A stretch of DNA of 64,000 bases from Candidatus Eiseniibacteriota bacterium. GTDB lineage: Bacteria; Eisenbacteria; RBG-16-71-46. Positions 12,303 to 22,209 of the stretch are shown here, piece by piece (position 1 is the stretch's first letter; each line of letters begins with the position of its first letter). The stretch lies in the NCBI GenBank assembly GCA_963744995.1, contig CAVUWA010000005.1, forward strand, positions 320,001 through 384,000, read 5' to 3'. The notes under the pieces are model-generated. The model had not been told where the DNA came from. It saw only the letters and a program-made list of their open reading frames with translations, and did no database searches. Made by a program: the position numbers and the translations under genes.

Positions 12303-12403
12303 TACACGAAAGCCCGCAGGGCGTTCCCTGGCGGGCTCGACACCTCACATGTGGACTCGACCGAACACATGGGCACTATCGGCATTCGGCCGCGGAAAGA
12401 CAA
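12303..12403 (-). promoter_or_regulatory. Putative sigma70 promoter and terminator-like hairpin in the helicase leader
   Basis: Minus strand TTGTCT (12403-12398), 17 nt, GATAGT (12380-12375); hairpin 12311-12337 followed by TTCGTGT. Confidence 0.5.
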
Positions 12404-12552
12404 GTGAATTCCGTGTGAACGATCGCCGCCACGGCCGCAACGTGCGTCGCACCTTGAGGGTAGCCGCCGGAGCCGAGTGCGGCCCGAGCGCGCCGCACTC
12501 GGGCGCCGGCGGAATGGAGCGGGCAGCCGGGCGCCGTTCCGGCCCGCAGCGC

Positions 12553-13302
12553 CTACCAGTAGTGCGGGCGCCCGTAGTAGTCGAACAGCCGGACCTCGTA
12601 GTCGCGGTTGACCGGCGCGTCGGGGTCGAACTCGGGGCTCTTCCTGACCTCCTCGCGCGTCAGGTCCACCTGAACGTCGCGTCCACCCCAGTCCACCGAT
12701 TTCACCCACAGCGGCGAGATCAGCACCCGCTTCCCCGGCAGCCACTTGTGCGTGTCCACCACGAGGTAGCGGATCGTCCAGGTCTGATCGTCCATGATGA
12801 AGTCCGAGACCTTCCCGATCGTGCCGTCGCGCGCGGCGATCTCGTAGTGTTTCACCTCGTCGACCGAGCGCAGGTGCGGATCCGGATCGCTCTCGTCTTC
12901 CGCGTCCTCCAGCGCGACCTGTGCGCCCGTGTCGAACAGCGGCGCCGGATAGGCGTCGGCCGCCCAGACCCCGGCCCCGCTCCAGTAGACCGGCCAGCCA
13001 TAGTGGGCGTGGTACTGGCGCTCGTACTGGCGTGATACCGGCGCATCCTCGTCGAGGTCCGGCGCCGCCTCGATCCGCTGGCGGTTCACGCGCGTGATGA
13101 GCCGACGCGAGCTCCAGTCGGGCCGGTCGAGCGAGATCGGCGACACCAGAACCTTGTGGCCGGAGAGCCAGCCTCCGGTGTCGGCGACCACGTAGCGGAT
13201 CGTCCAGTGACGGTCGTCGAACAGAAGGTCCTTGCAGCGGCCGATGTCGCCGTCGGTTGCCTGCAGTCTGTATCCCAGAATCTCGGAAACGCTTCTCAGC
13301 AT
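12553..13302 (-). CDS. Double PRC-barrel domain protein
   Basis: Two repeats of (A)TDGDIG...D...W(T)IRY(V/L)V(A/V)DT..WL.G.(K/R)VL(V/I)SP; AAGGAGG RBS. Confidence 0.88.
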   Translation of the reverse strand: MLRSVSEILGYRLQATDGDIGRCKDLLFDDRHWTIRYVVADTGGWLSGHKVLVSPISLDRPDWSSRRLITRVNRQRIEAAPDLDEDAPVSRQYERQYHAHYGWPVYWSGAGVWAADAYPAPLFDTGAQVALEDAEDESDPDPHLRSVDEVKHYEIAARDGTIGKVSDFIMDDQTWTIRYLVVDTHKWLPGKRVLISPLWVKSVDWGGRDVQVDLTREEVRKSPEFDPDAPVNRDYEVRLFDYYGRPHYW

Positions 13303-13342
13303 CGGAAACCTCCTTGCGGCCATCGAGACCGGTGCGGCCCGT

Positions 13343-13675
13343 TCACACGCCCGCTTCCACCGGGCGGCCGGCCTGCTTCCACTCTTCCATCCCGCCCTCG
13401 AAGTCGTAGACCTGCTCGAAGCCCGCTTCGTCGAGCCGGCGCGCGGCCTGCGGCGACGCCTGGCAACTGATGCTCGCGCAGTACACGACCACCGGCTGGT
13501 CCTTGCCCCCGAGCCGGCGTTGCACCTCTTCGGTGAAGTCCTTGCGGCCGCCCGGGATGTTGATCGAGGCAGGTATGTGCTCGCGCACGAACTTCGCCTC
13601 GTCGAGCACGTTCACGAGGAGCGGCCGCCGGTTCGCACGCATTTCCTTCAGCTGTGCGGCATCGATCTTCTTCAT
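13343..13675 (-). CDS. Rhodanese-like domain protein
   Basis: HIPASINIP, VVVYCASISC, VYDFEGGMEEW; AAGGAG RBS. Confidence 0.88.
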   Translation of the reverse strand: MKKIDAAQLKEMRANRRPLLVNVLDEAKFVREHIPASINIPGGRKDFTEEVQRRLGGKDQPVVVYCASISCQASPQAARRLDEAGFEQVYDFEGGMEEWKQAGRPVEAGV

Positions 13676-13704
13676 GAGGAACTCCTTTCCATTCCGGCCC
13701 GCGC

Positions 13705-14832
13705 TCACGCCGCATGCGACGCGTGGGCCTTCGAGTCGAGGGTGTGGAGCAACTGATCGAACGGCTCCACGAACTTGCGGATGCCCTCCTCGACCAGGAC
13801 GGCGGCCACCTCGTCGAGGTCGATCCCGATCCGGCCGAGCGCAGCGATGTCCCGCTTCGCCTGGTCGACGTCCCGGGTCAGCGTCGCCTCGACCTGGCCG
13901 TGGTCGCGGAACGCTTCGAGCGTCGCGTCGGGCATCGTGTTGATCGTGCGGGGCCCGATGAGCGCCTCCACGTAGCGCACGTCCGAGTAGCGGTCGTCCT
14001 TGGTGGAGGTGCTGGCCCAGAGCGTCTTCTGTACATGCGCGCCCGCGGCCTGCAGCGCCTGCCAGCGCTCGCTCTCATGCAGTGCCGTCCACAACCGGTA
14101 GGCAAGCCGCGCGCTGGCGATGGCCGCTCGCCCGCGCAGGACACGGGCCTGCTCCGCTTCGTCGCCGCCGTCGCTCATCGCATCCAGGCGCCGGTCCACC
14201 AGCACGTCGATGCGGCTGAGGAAGTAGCTCGCGACCGAATGAACGTTATTGAGCGGCTCGCCCCGCGTGCGACGCCGTTCCAGCGCACGCCACCAGGCTT
14301 CGATCACCTTGCGGTGGGCTGCCGTCGAGAACAGCAGCGTGACGTTGATCGAGATGCCGCGCGTGAGGCATTCCTCGATGGCCGGAACGCCCTCGTCGGT
14401 GCCCGGAATCTTGATCAGCGCGTTCGGCCGCGACACCGCCTCCCAGAGGCGCGCCGCTTCGGCGATCGTCGCGCGCGTGTCGCGTGCCAGATGCGGCGAC
14501 ACCTCGAGGCTCACGAAGCCGTCGTCGCCGCCGCTGCGGTCGAACGTGGGCCGCAGCAGATCGGCCGCGCCCTGAATGTCCTCGATCGCCAGGGTCTCGT
14601 AGATCGCCTTCGCCGGCGCGCCGCGGCGCGCCAGATCGGCGATCTCGGTTCGATAGGCCTCGCCCGAGGCGATGGCCTCGTGGAAGATCGCCGGGTTCGA
14701 GGTCACCCCCGAGAGACCGTCTTCCTCGATCAGCCGCCCAAGCCGCCCGTCCCGCACCGATGTGCGGGTGAGGTTGTCGAGCCAGACACTCTGTCCCATC
14801 TCGTGGAGCTGCTTCAGCGGATGGCCGGTCAT
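13705..14832 (-). CDS. tal: Transaldolase
   Basis: GQSVWLD, GVTSNPAIF, VSLEVSP, IKIPGT, NVTLLFS, LWASTSTK. Confidence 0.93.
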   Translation of the reverse strand: MTGHPLKQLHEMGQSVWLDNLTRTSVRDGRLGRLIEEDGLSGVTSNPAIFHEAIASGEAYRTEIADLARRGAPAKAIYETLAIEDIQGAADLLRPTFDRSGGDDGFVSLEVSPHLARDTRATIAEAARLWEAVSRPNALIKIPGTDEGVPAIEECLTRGISINVTLLFSTAAHRKVIEAWWRALERRRTRGEPLNNVHSVASYFLSRIDVLVDRRLDAMSDGGDEAEQARVLRGRAAIASARLAYRLWTALHESERWQALQAAGAHVQKTLWASTSTKDDRYSDVRYVEALIGPRTINTMPDATLEAFRDHGQVEATLTRDVDQAKRDIAALGRIGIDLDEVAAVLVEEGIRKFVEPFDQLLHTLDSKAHASHAA

Positions 14833-15536
14833 GAGATCGCGCTCCTTTCGTGTCGTGTCCGTCGCCTGCGACGGCCCCCCGCGGGGTCGCATCGGCGTCG
14901 CGGTGCGGACGATTCGTGCGCTCGAGGCGGTTCGGCATTCGTCGCGCGGAGCGATGGGGCGCGGAGGACCGGGCACAGGCCCGGGGCGACGCGCCGCGGA
15001 AGGCGCACGACGCTGGCGGGAGCATCCGTCCGGGGACGAACGGGAGAGCCGCGGTTTCCGGCCCGGGCGCGACGTGTGAGTCGTCGCGGCGAGAGTCGAC
15101 CGCCGTTTGCGTCTATTTCGGGAGTAACACACGCGCCGCGCGGCCGTCAAAAGCAGGCGCCGCACGTGCCTGTAATCGGTTCTTGCGGAACGAATTGCGG
15201 CCGTGAACCCGGGGTTGACGGGGGTTTTGCATCCGGCCCGGCGGCACGACCTTCCGCGCCGGAAACCGACCGGGAGCCCGCTTCAACCGAAACGCACGAG
15301 CCGGATTCCGGCGCCGCTGTGCCGCGGCCCGGGCCGCCGCGGACGGGGCGGCACGCACCGCACCGTGCCGCGCGCCACGCACCAAGCGTGATATGCAGAG
15401 GAGAGGGCGTGCTCCGCATGGCGTGACGCCGCCCCGCGCTGCGTCGCGCCCCGCGCGATCCGGATGGCCGGATCGTCGGCGTCCGCGTGACGTCCCGAAT
15501 TTCCGGGTCCCGTGCCTCGAACGGAAGGAGGCCACC

Positions 15537-16088
15537 ATGCCCCGTGACATGCCTGCATTCGTTGCCGCGCTCCTCCTCGGCGTCATCGTCGCCGGTTGCA
15601 GCGGCACTTCTGCGAATTCGTCTTCGTCCTCGTCGCCGTCCGCGTCTCCGACCGCGGCCGCGGCCGCACCGGCACCGCCCGACACCACGGCTCGGAGCCT
15701 GTGGACCTACCTGCAGAATGCCGGCTACTCGGGGTGGCCGCTCTGGCCCGGCAAGGGCGAGCTCTACCCCGGCACGCGCCCGCACGGCGCCCTGCTTACC
15801 ACCCACCTGAACCCCGCTGCCTACGACGCCGTGACCAACGGTTCCACCGCGATGCCCGACGGCGCGGTGATCGTGAAGGAGAACTACGAGGCCGACACCA
15901 CGCTCGCGTCCATCACGGTCATGTACAAGTCGGCCGGCTACGATCCGGCGCATCACGACTGGTTCTGGATGAAGCGGCTGCCCGACGACAGCGTCGTCGT
16001 TGCCGGTCGCGGCGCGACGTGCATCGACTGCCACGGCCGGCACGCATCGAACGACTTCATTCAGACGTCGGTGCTCGGCGGCTCGTGA
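15537..16088 (+). CDS. Cytochrome P460/c'-beta family c-type cytochrome, predicted lipoprotein
   Basis: Lipobox IVAG-C, Ser/Ala/Pro linker, PDGAVIVKENY, VMYK, DWFW, single C-terminal CIDCH; AAGGAGG RBS. Confidence 0.75.
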   Translation: MPRDMPAFVAALLLGVIVAGCSGTSANSSSSSSPSASPTAAAAAPAPPDTTARSLWTYLQNAGYSGWPLWPGKGELYPGTRPHGALLTTHLNPAAYDAVTNGSTAMPDGAVIVKENYEADTTLASITVMYKSAGYDPAHHDWFWMKRLPDDSVVVAGRGATCIDCHGRHASNDFIQTSVLGGS

Positions 16089-17257
16089 GCGCCGCTCCCA
16101 TGCGACCCATGACGCGGCCGCCGGCGCGGCGCACGCGTCTGCGTCCGCGCCCCGAGCCGCGCATGCGCGCGCGGCGCGGCGCGGCGCCGGACCGGCCCGC
16201 ACGACGCACGCCCGCCCCTGCCGGGCGCCCGCTGTGGCGCGACCTGCCGGCCATGTTCAAGCTCGGCGTCGAGCGCTGGCTCGAGCACGACGGGCGCGGC
16301 CAGGCCGCGGCCCTCGCGTTCAACACGCTGCTCTCGCTGGCGCCACTCGTGCTGCTGGCTCTGGCGGTGACATCGCGTGTGCTCGGCAGCGGGCCGGCGC
16401 GCGCGCAGCTGGTGAACGCAGTCGCCTGGCTTGCGGGCCCGGGCGCCGCGGCGCCTGCCGGTCGCATGGTGGACACCGTGGCTGCAGCGCGCGGCGCACC
16501 GCTCGCCACCGTCGTCAGCGTGCTGCTGATGGTGCATTTCTCCTCGACGGTCTTCGCGCAGCTGCGTGGGATTCTCAACCGCATCTGGCACGTCGAAGGT
16601 CCGCAGGGGCTGCGCGGCGCGCTGCACGAGCGCGTGATCGCGTGGGTGTTCGTGCCGGCGACGCTGCTCGCCGTGGCGGCGGTGATCCTGGCCGGGTTCG
16701 TATCGGCGATTGCCGCACCATTCCTCGCCACACATCTGCCCGGCGGCGGCTGGCTGCTGCCGACCGCCAACGCGCTGGTGCCGTTCCTGATCGTCACGGC
16801 GCTGCTCGCGACCCTCTACCGCTTCGGCCCCGGCGCAAGCGTCGCCTGGCGGGACGTGTGGCTGGGCGCGGCCATCGCGGGCTTCCTCGTGTCGGCGGGC
16901 AATTCGGTGCTCGGCTGGCTGATCGGCCGCAACATGCTCGTTTCGTTCTACGGCGCGGGCGGGGCGCTGGTCATGACCCTGCTCTGGGTCTTCTACGGCG
17001 CGCATCTGCTGCTGTTCGGCGCCTACCTCACGCGGGTCTATGCGGAGCGGCGCGGGTCGCTCGCCCGCGTGAGACGCAGCGAGAGCGGCGCGGACGTCAG
17101 AGCGCCGGCATCGCGCGCGCCAGTTCCAGATAGCGGCAGAACGCGTTGGCGAGCCGCATCTGCTGCGGCGTCCGGCATTCAGGCTCGAACAGGCGCGGGT
17201 TCGCGACGAGCACGCAGGCGCAGCGGGCGCGTGACGTCGCCACGTTCAGGCGGTTGA
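16085..17257 (+). CDS. YihY/virulence factor BrkB family membrane protein (start uncertain)
   Basis: AAALAFNTLLSLAPL, LNRIW, LYRFGP, YGAGGALVMTLLWVFYG; several TM helices; 3' end overlaps the convergent gene. Confidence 0.85.
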   Translation: MSAAPMRPMTRPPARRTRLRPRPEPRMRARRGAAPDRPARRTPAPAGRPLWRDLPAMFKLGVERWLEHDGRGQAAALAFNTLLSLAPLVLLALAVTSRVLGSGPARAQLVNAVAWLAGPGAAAPAGRMVDTVAAARGAPLATVVSVLLMVHFSSTVFAQLRGILNRIWHVEGPQGLRGALHERVIAWVFVPATLLAVAAVILAGFVSAIAAPFLATHLPGGGWLLPTANALVPFLIVTALLATLYRFGPGASVAWRDVWLGAAIAGFLVSAGNSVLGWLIGRNMLVSFYGAGGALVMTLLWVFYGAHLLLFGAYLTRVYAERRGSLARVRRSESGADVRAPASRAPVPDSGRTRWRAASAAASGIQARTGAGSRRARRRSGRVTSPRSGG

Positions 17258-20200
17258 GCGAGTACAGAAACTCCATGCCGCGCGGTGCGTCCTCGGGATC
17301 CGACGTGGTCATCGAGTAGATCACCAGCGGCGCCTGCTGGCCCTGGAACTTGTCCACCGTTCCCACGCGCAACCCGGGCATGCGTGCAGCGAGATCGGCG
17401 ACCTGGGCGTTGAAGGGCGCGACCACCAGGATGTCGTCGAGGGTCAGCGGGTGCGTCGCGCCGGCGGCGTCGGTCCACGTGGCGCCGCTCGCGAGCGTGC
17501 GTTCGATCAGGAGCGCGACCGCTGCGACCTCTTCCGGTGAACGGTTGCGGCAGCCCTCGTGCTCGACGGGCAGCAGCCACGGGCCCGCCCCGGCGAGCGG
17601 CGCCGAGGCCAGCGTCTGCCGCTCGAGACCCGACCGCGGTCGCAGCCTGCTCTCGTAGAACATCTCCGACGTGTACTCGCACAATGCCGGATGCAGCCGC
17701 CAGGTCTCGGCGAGAAACAGGCCGCGATCGTCGGGAATGGTGAGGCGGCCGTCCAGCAGGTGCTCGAGCGCCGAGATCCCGCAGCCGTCGGGATGGCTGC
17801 CCTGCTGCGGCTGGTCGAGCTGGCGCGGGTCGCCGAGCAGCACGAGACTCCTCGCACCCTGCGACACGGCGAGCGCGTTGGCGAGCGACAGCTGCCCGGC
17901 CTCGTCCACCACGAGCACGTCCACCGCCTCGTGCATGTCCTCGCGCGACCACAGCCACGAGGTGCCGCCGGCGACCTGCGCGGTGCCGTTCGCCAGGGCA
18001 GCCGCGACGGCGGCGTTGTCGTCGGTCTCGACGATGGTCGAGTCCGGCGTGCGCTCGCTCCTTGCCCACCTTCTGGATGCACGACGAGCGTCGCGCCTTC
18101 CTCCGCGGCCGCTCGCCACCACTTCTTCGAGCAGGTGGCGGATCACCTTGTGGCTGTTCGCGGTGACGCCCACGCGGCGGCCCGCGCGCACCAGCTCGAC
18201 GATCATGCGCGCGCCGGTGTAGGTCTTCCCCGCCCCCGGCGGACCCTGGATCGCCAGCACGCCGCCATCGAGCGCGAGCGCGAGGCGCCGCGCGGCGGCG
18301 AGACCGTCCTCGCCGGGCGTCGTCAGCGCGGTGCCCGGCGGCGGCGCCGGCGCGAGCCGCGGCGGCCGCCGCAACAGCAGGTCGCGGGCCGCGCGATACG
18401 AACCCGGAGCGTCCGCCCCGTGTTCCGCCGCCCACCGCCCGATGCGCTCCAGCGCGTCCGCCATGGTCCCGGCGTGGAAGTGGGTGTGCTCGAACACGCT
18501 CGACGGATGAACGCCGAGCTTCGACGGGCCTTTGAGCACGTCGACCGTACGCGCCGCGGGATCGACGTTCACGGCGTGGCCGAAGGCGCCCTTCACCTCG
18601 CGGGCGTGCAGCTCGTCCCCGAAGCGCAGCGTGGTCTCCTGCGCCGGGAACCGGTAGCGATGGACCTCGCTCCGCCTGCGCGTTTCCACCCGTTCGACGA
18701 ATTCGAGGCCGGCCAGCGCGCCGCGCTCGTCGAGCAGTTCTTCGTCGGGCAGCTCGAGCAACCGGAAGTATTCCCACCACTTCGCCTTGTCCTCGCGGCG
18801 GTGCCAGTCGAGCAGGTGCGCGAGCAGCCAGCGCGCGTGCGCTTCCGGCATGCGGGCCGCAGGATCATCCGGCACGCCCTCCGCGAGCCGCGCGGCGAGT
18901 GCGGCGATGCGCGCCTCGCGCTCGCCGACTTCCTCCGGCGCCTCACCCGCGGGGTCCGCAGGCGGCCGCGGCATGGACTCGCCCGCGGCTTCGAGCTCCG
19001 CCCGCAGCGATTCCAGCCAGTCCCTGAGCGCAAGCGTCGAGACGCAGTCGTCGCGGTTGTACGCCTCGACCACCGCACGCATCGGCGCATCGAGCAGGTC
19101 CGCGCGACCGAGTTCGAGCGCGTGCTCGACCGCGCGCAGCGTCGGCCGCGCCTCACCGAGCGCCAGCTCGCGGGCAAAGCCGTAGAAGGGCTCGAGGTCC
19201 TTGATCGAGTACTTCTCGACACTCGCGCGCAGCGCGTGGCGCGTGACCGCGTGCAGGTCGACGAAGCGTCCGGCGCGCAGCAGGCGGTCGATCTCCGCCT
19301 CGCGCGTCGCATAGCGCCCCATCAGGCGCTTGAGCGCCGCCGGCTCGTAGGGCGCGAAGTGATAGACGTGCAGATCCGGATCGGCTGCCCAGCGCGCCAT
19401 CAGCGCGTCGACCCACGCTTCGAACGCGGCCCGCTCGCCGGCCCGGTCGAGCGCCCACGCCGAACGGTAGCGCGGCGTCCCGTCCTCGAGCACGACCCAG
19501 CCGAACAGGTATTCGAGTCCGTCGGTCCCGACGAACGCGTCGCCCTCGAGATCGAGGAACACGTCGCCGGCCGACGGCGCGGGCAGGCGCAGCAGGCCCT
19601 GGCCGGGTTCGCGCTCGAGCAGCTCGTGCACGGGGCGCTCGAGGCTGCGCCCCTCGACCTGCACGCGCGCCTGTTCGCGCACGCGCACGATGCCCTCGCG
19701 CGAGCCGCGCGCCGGCCGGCGCTCGAGCGGCAGCGGCAGGAGCGCAAGCCCCGCCATGGTCCCGACCCCCCACTCGCCGAGCTCCACGCGCTGCGAGCGC
19801 GAAATGCCGGCGACCAGCGACAGGTGGTCGTCCGCACGGCGGCGGCGGTCGCAGGTGGACCACCAGCGGCAGATCCCGCACAACTCGACCGGCTCGGGGT
19901 AGAGCCCGCCCGGCGCCGGCGCGAGCAGATCGCCCGCGGGTGCGCCGGGCGCGCCGGCTTCGTCCACCGCGCGCTCGAGCCGGGCGCGGACGAACCGGTA
20001 GTACGCCATGAAGTCGTCGACGCGGTAGGTCTCGGGTGCGAAGTCCCTGCCCGGCGTCACGACGTGCATGTGCTCGGGACGGCGTTCCTGCACCGTTCCG
20101 ACGATGTCCGAATAGAGGCACAGCTGCAGCATCGTGCTGCCGCGCGTTTCGCGCGCGAGCTTGGTGTCGGTGACTTCGTAGGACCACGCGCCGAGCGCCG

Positions 20201-20570
20201 ACGGCGCGGGCACGCGGGTGAGGATGTCGGCGCGGCCGAGCCAGCGGTCGCGCACCAGTGTCGCCTGCACGATCACCTGGTCCCCGCGACGCATGGCCTC
20301 CACCGTGCGCTCGAACGCGCTCGCCGGCGGCTCGTCGTCACCGGCATCCAGGCGGGTCACGGCGGCGCCGGCACCGGCCAGATGGTCGAGGTAGGCCTGC
20401 TCGTGCTCGAAGCCGCGTTCCTGCAGCACCGCGAGCGCCGGATCGCGCCACATCGGCGAATCGATGCGCCCCTCGGCGGCGGCGAGATCCAGCGCGGTCA
20501 GGTAGCGGCAGCCCAGGTGATAGGCCAGATCGCTCGCCGAGAGGCGTGGATGTCCGCCGACGATCTTCAC
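17097..20570 (-). CDS. TM0106 family RecB-like nuclease / RNase H-like / SF1 helicase fusion
   Basis: LSASDL..HLGC, GRADIL, YEVTDTKLA, QLCLYS, CGICRWWSTC, FLDLEGD, IQGPPGAGKT, VDEAGQ, GDPRQL, GTVDKFQGQ, NRLNVATSRA; GTG start; short frameshifted patch near 18050-18120. Confidence 0.88.
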   Translation of the reverse strand: MKIVGGHPRLSASDLAYHLGCRYLTALDLAAAEGRIDSPMWRDPALAVLQERGFEHEQAYLDHLAGAGAAVTRLDAGDDEPPASAFERTVEAMRRGDQVIVQATLVRDRWLGRADILTRVPAPSALGAWSYEVTDTKLARETRGSTMLQLCLYSDIVGTVQERRPEHMHVVTPGRDFAPETYRVDDFMAYYRFVRARLERAVDEAGAPGAPAGDLLAPAPGGLYPEPVELCGICRWWSTCDRRRRADDHLSLVAGISRSQRVELGEWGVGTMAGLALLPLPLERRPARGSREGIVRVREQARVQVEGRSLERPVHELLEREPGQGLLRLPAPSAGDVFLDLEGDAFVGTDGLEYLFGWVVLEDGTPRYRSAWALDRAGERAAFEAWVDALMARWAADPDLHVYHFAPYEPAALKRLMGRYATREAEIDRLLRAGRFVDLHAVTRHALRASVEKYSIKDLEPFYGFARELALGEARPTLRAVEHALELGRADLLDAPMRAVVEAYNRDDCVSTLALRDWLESLRAELEAAGESMPRPPADPAGEAPEEVGEREARIAALAARLAEGVPDDPAARMPEAHARWLLAHLLDWHRREDKAKWWEYFRLLELPDEELLDERGALAGLEFVERVETRRRSEVHRYRFPAQETTLRFGDELHAREVKGAFGHAVNVDPAARTVDVLKGPSKLGVHPSSVFEHTHFHAGTMADALERIGRWAAEHGADAPGSYRAARDLLLRRPPRLAPAPPPGTALTTPGEDGLAAARRLALALDGGVLAIQGPPGAGKTYTGARMIVELVRAGRRVGVTANSHKVIRHLLEEVVASGRGGRRDARRASRRWARSERTPDSTIVETDDNAAVAAALANGTAQVAGGTSWLWSREDMHEAVDVLVVDEAGQLSLANALAVSQGARSLVLLGDPRQLDQPQQGSHPDGCGISALEHLLDGRLTIPDDRGLFLAETWRLHPALCEYTSEMFYESRLRPRSGLERQTLASAPLAGAGPWLLPVEHEGCRNRSPEEVAAVALLIERTLASGATWTDAAGATHPLTLDDILVVAPFNAQVADLAARMPGLRVGTVDKFQGQQAPLVIYSMTTSDPEDAPRGMEFLYSLNRLNVATSRARCACVLVANPRLFEPECRTPQQMRLANAFCRYLELARAMPAL

Positions 20571-20629
20571 GTGGCGGCGGCCCCGTGCGGTGCGCGGCCG
20601 CCCGGCCGACGGCGCCCTGCCCGGGCCGC

Positions 20630-21565
20630 TCAGCGGCCATCGAGGAACGGCTCCACCACCCGCAGGAACGCGTCCGGCTCCTCGAACATGGGCAGGTGAC
20701 CGCTCTTCTCGAACACCTCGAAGCGCGACCCCGGGATCGCCTGATGGATCCGCCAGGCGGTGCTCGGCGCGACGTTGATGTCGTAGCGGCCGGTGATGCA
20801 CCAGCGTCGGCATCGTGAGCGTATGGAGCAGCGGCGTCAGGTCGAGGTTCGCGACGTCGGCGCTGATCGCCTCGTTCACCGCGCGGTTGATGACGTAGTC
20901 GCCGGCATGCGCGAGGAACTCGTCGCGGTGCGCCTCCGAGTAGAACAGCATGCTGAGGTAGACGTCGAGCGACTGCTGGAACGCGCCGTCCACCCCGAGG
21001 GCGTCCTGAAGGTCGATAGCGCGACTGCTTCTCGACCCGGTCGGGGAAGAACTGCGCGAACATGAACTCCGTGGCGGCCCATTTCGGCGCCGCCGAATCC
21101 ACGATGATCAGCCGGTGCACGCGATCGGGGTGCCGCGCGGCGTAGGCCATCGACCAGGAAGCCGCCCCACGAATGGCCGAGCAGGTCGAGCTGGTCGCGG
21201 TGAAGCTGGACCCGCAGCGCTTCGAGATCGGCGATCTGATCCTGGAGCGTGCAGGACTGCCCTGCCTCGAGTGCACCCGAGCGTCCGTTGCCGCGCTGGT
21301 CGTACATCACCACCGGGCGGTGCTCGGCGAGACGGTCCCAGACGTCCGTGCACAACTCGTAGTCGTGGGCGAAACCGGGGCCACCGTTGACGACGACGAG
21401 CGGCATGCCGCGGTCCTCGCCGCGCACGTCGTACCAGATCTTCACGCCGCCGTTGAGGAACGTGTGGCCGGGACCGTCGGGGCGCGCGGGGCGGGCGGCA
21501 GAGGGCGAAACCGCGGCAGAAAGGGCGAGCACGGCGAACACGACTGCGGCGAACGGCGAACGCAT
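20630..21565 (-). pseudogene. Alpha/beta hydrolase (proline iminopeptidase-like), split by frameshifts (probably sequencing errors)
   Basis: Signal peptide, NGGPG, YDQRGNGRS, GHSWGG nucleophile; continues in other frames (MAYAARHPDRV; ...FEKSGHLPMFEEP) with shifts near 21150, 21020 and 20800. Confidence 0.75.
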
Positions 21566-21784
21566 GAGGACCTCCCGGTTCGGACGCGGAACGGCTGCCG
21601 GACGAAGCTACCCGGCGGGCCGCGGCCGGTCCAGCGAGGAAAGACCCGGCGCCGGCGCGGCGCGTGTTCCGGCAGGACACCGTGCCGCGATCGGCCGCCG
21701 CCGCCCGTCATGCGCCCGTCAACCCCTCGCCGCGCCGGTCCTCTCCGCCTTGTCGGTGGAGGGTCCCCCGCGGATAATGCCGCC

Positions 21785-22105
21785 ATGCTGTCGCTCCACA
21801 TCCTGGCCCGGCGCCTCGCACGCGCGAAGCGGACGACCCTGTTCGCGGTCGTCCTGTTCGTCTGTGGCGGCGCGGCACACCTGCTCCATCACATCGAAGA
21901 CCCGACGTGCGACCGCGGGCCGGCCCCGATCTCGCACGTCTGCGCGTCCTGCGCCGCACTTCACGCCGGCGCCATGGCGGAGCGGCCGCCGGCGATCCTC
22001 AACGTCGTGCCCGCGAGCGCCGTGCTTCCGGCCGATGCAGCGGCCGACCCCGCCCCGCGCGCGCCCGCGCGCGATGCCGCGCCCCGGGCCCCACCCTTCG
22101 CCTGA
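21785..22105 (+). CDS. DUF2946-like small protein (TM/signal segment, His cluster, CxxC, C-terminal RAPP); putative arrest/leader peptide
   Basis: MLSLHILARR...hydrophobic...HLLHH...HVCASCAALH...APRAPPFA*. Confidence 0.7.
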   Translation: MLSLHILARRLARAKRTTLFAVVLFVCGGAAHLLHHIEDPTCDRGPAPISHVCASCAALHAGAMAERPPAILNVVPASAVLPADAAADPAPRAPARDAAPRAPPFA

Positions 22106-22209
22106 TCCTCGACGCCCGCCCCGGCGGGCCCATTCCAGACCGTGACGCCGCGGCGCGCCTCCTGTGTGCCGTGCGCGCCCGTTCCACGCCGTATCGAGGA
22201 GGGCATTTC

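Noticed and set aside
14833..15536. 700-bp gap between tal and the cytochrome gene as a hidden gene or ncRNA
   Set aside because: No ORF with convincing codon bias or RBS and no recognisable RNA motif; most simply a divergent promoter region
17097..20993. ORF-track 1298-aa fusion of a hydrolase fragment to TM0106
   Set aside because: Artefact of the frameshifted upstream alpha/beta hydrolase; TM0106 starts at GTG 20570 and the hydrolase has its own stop at 20630
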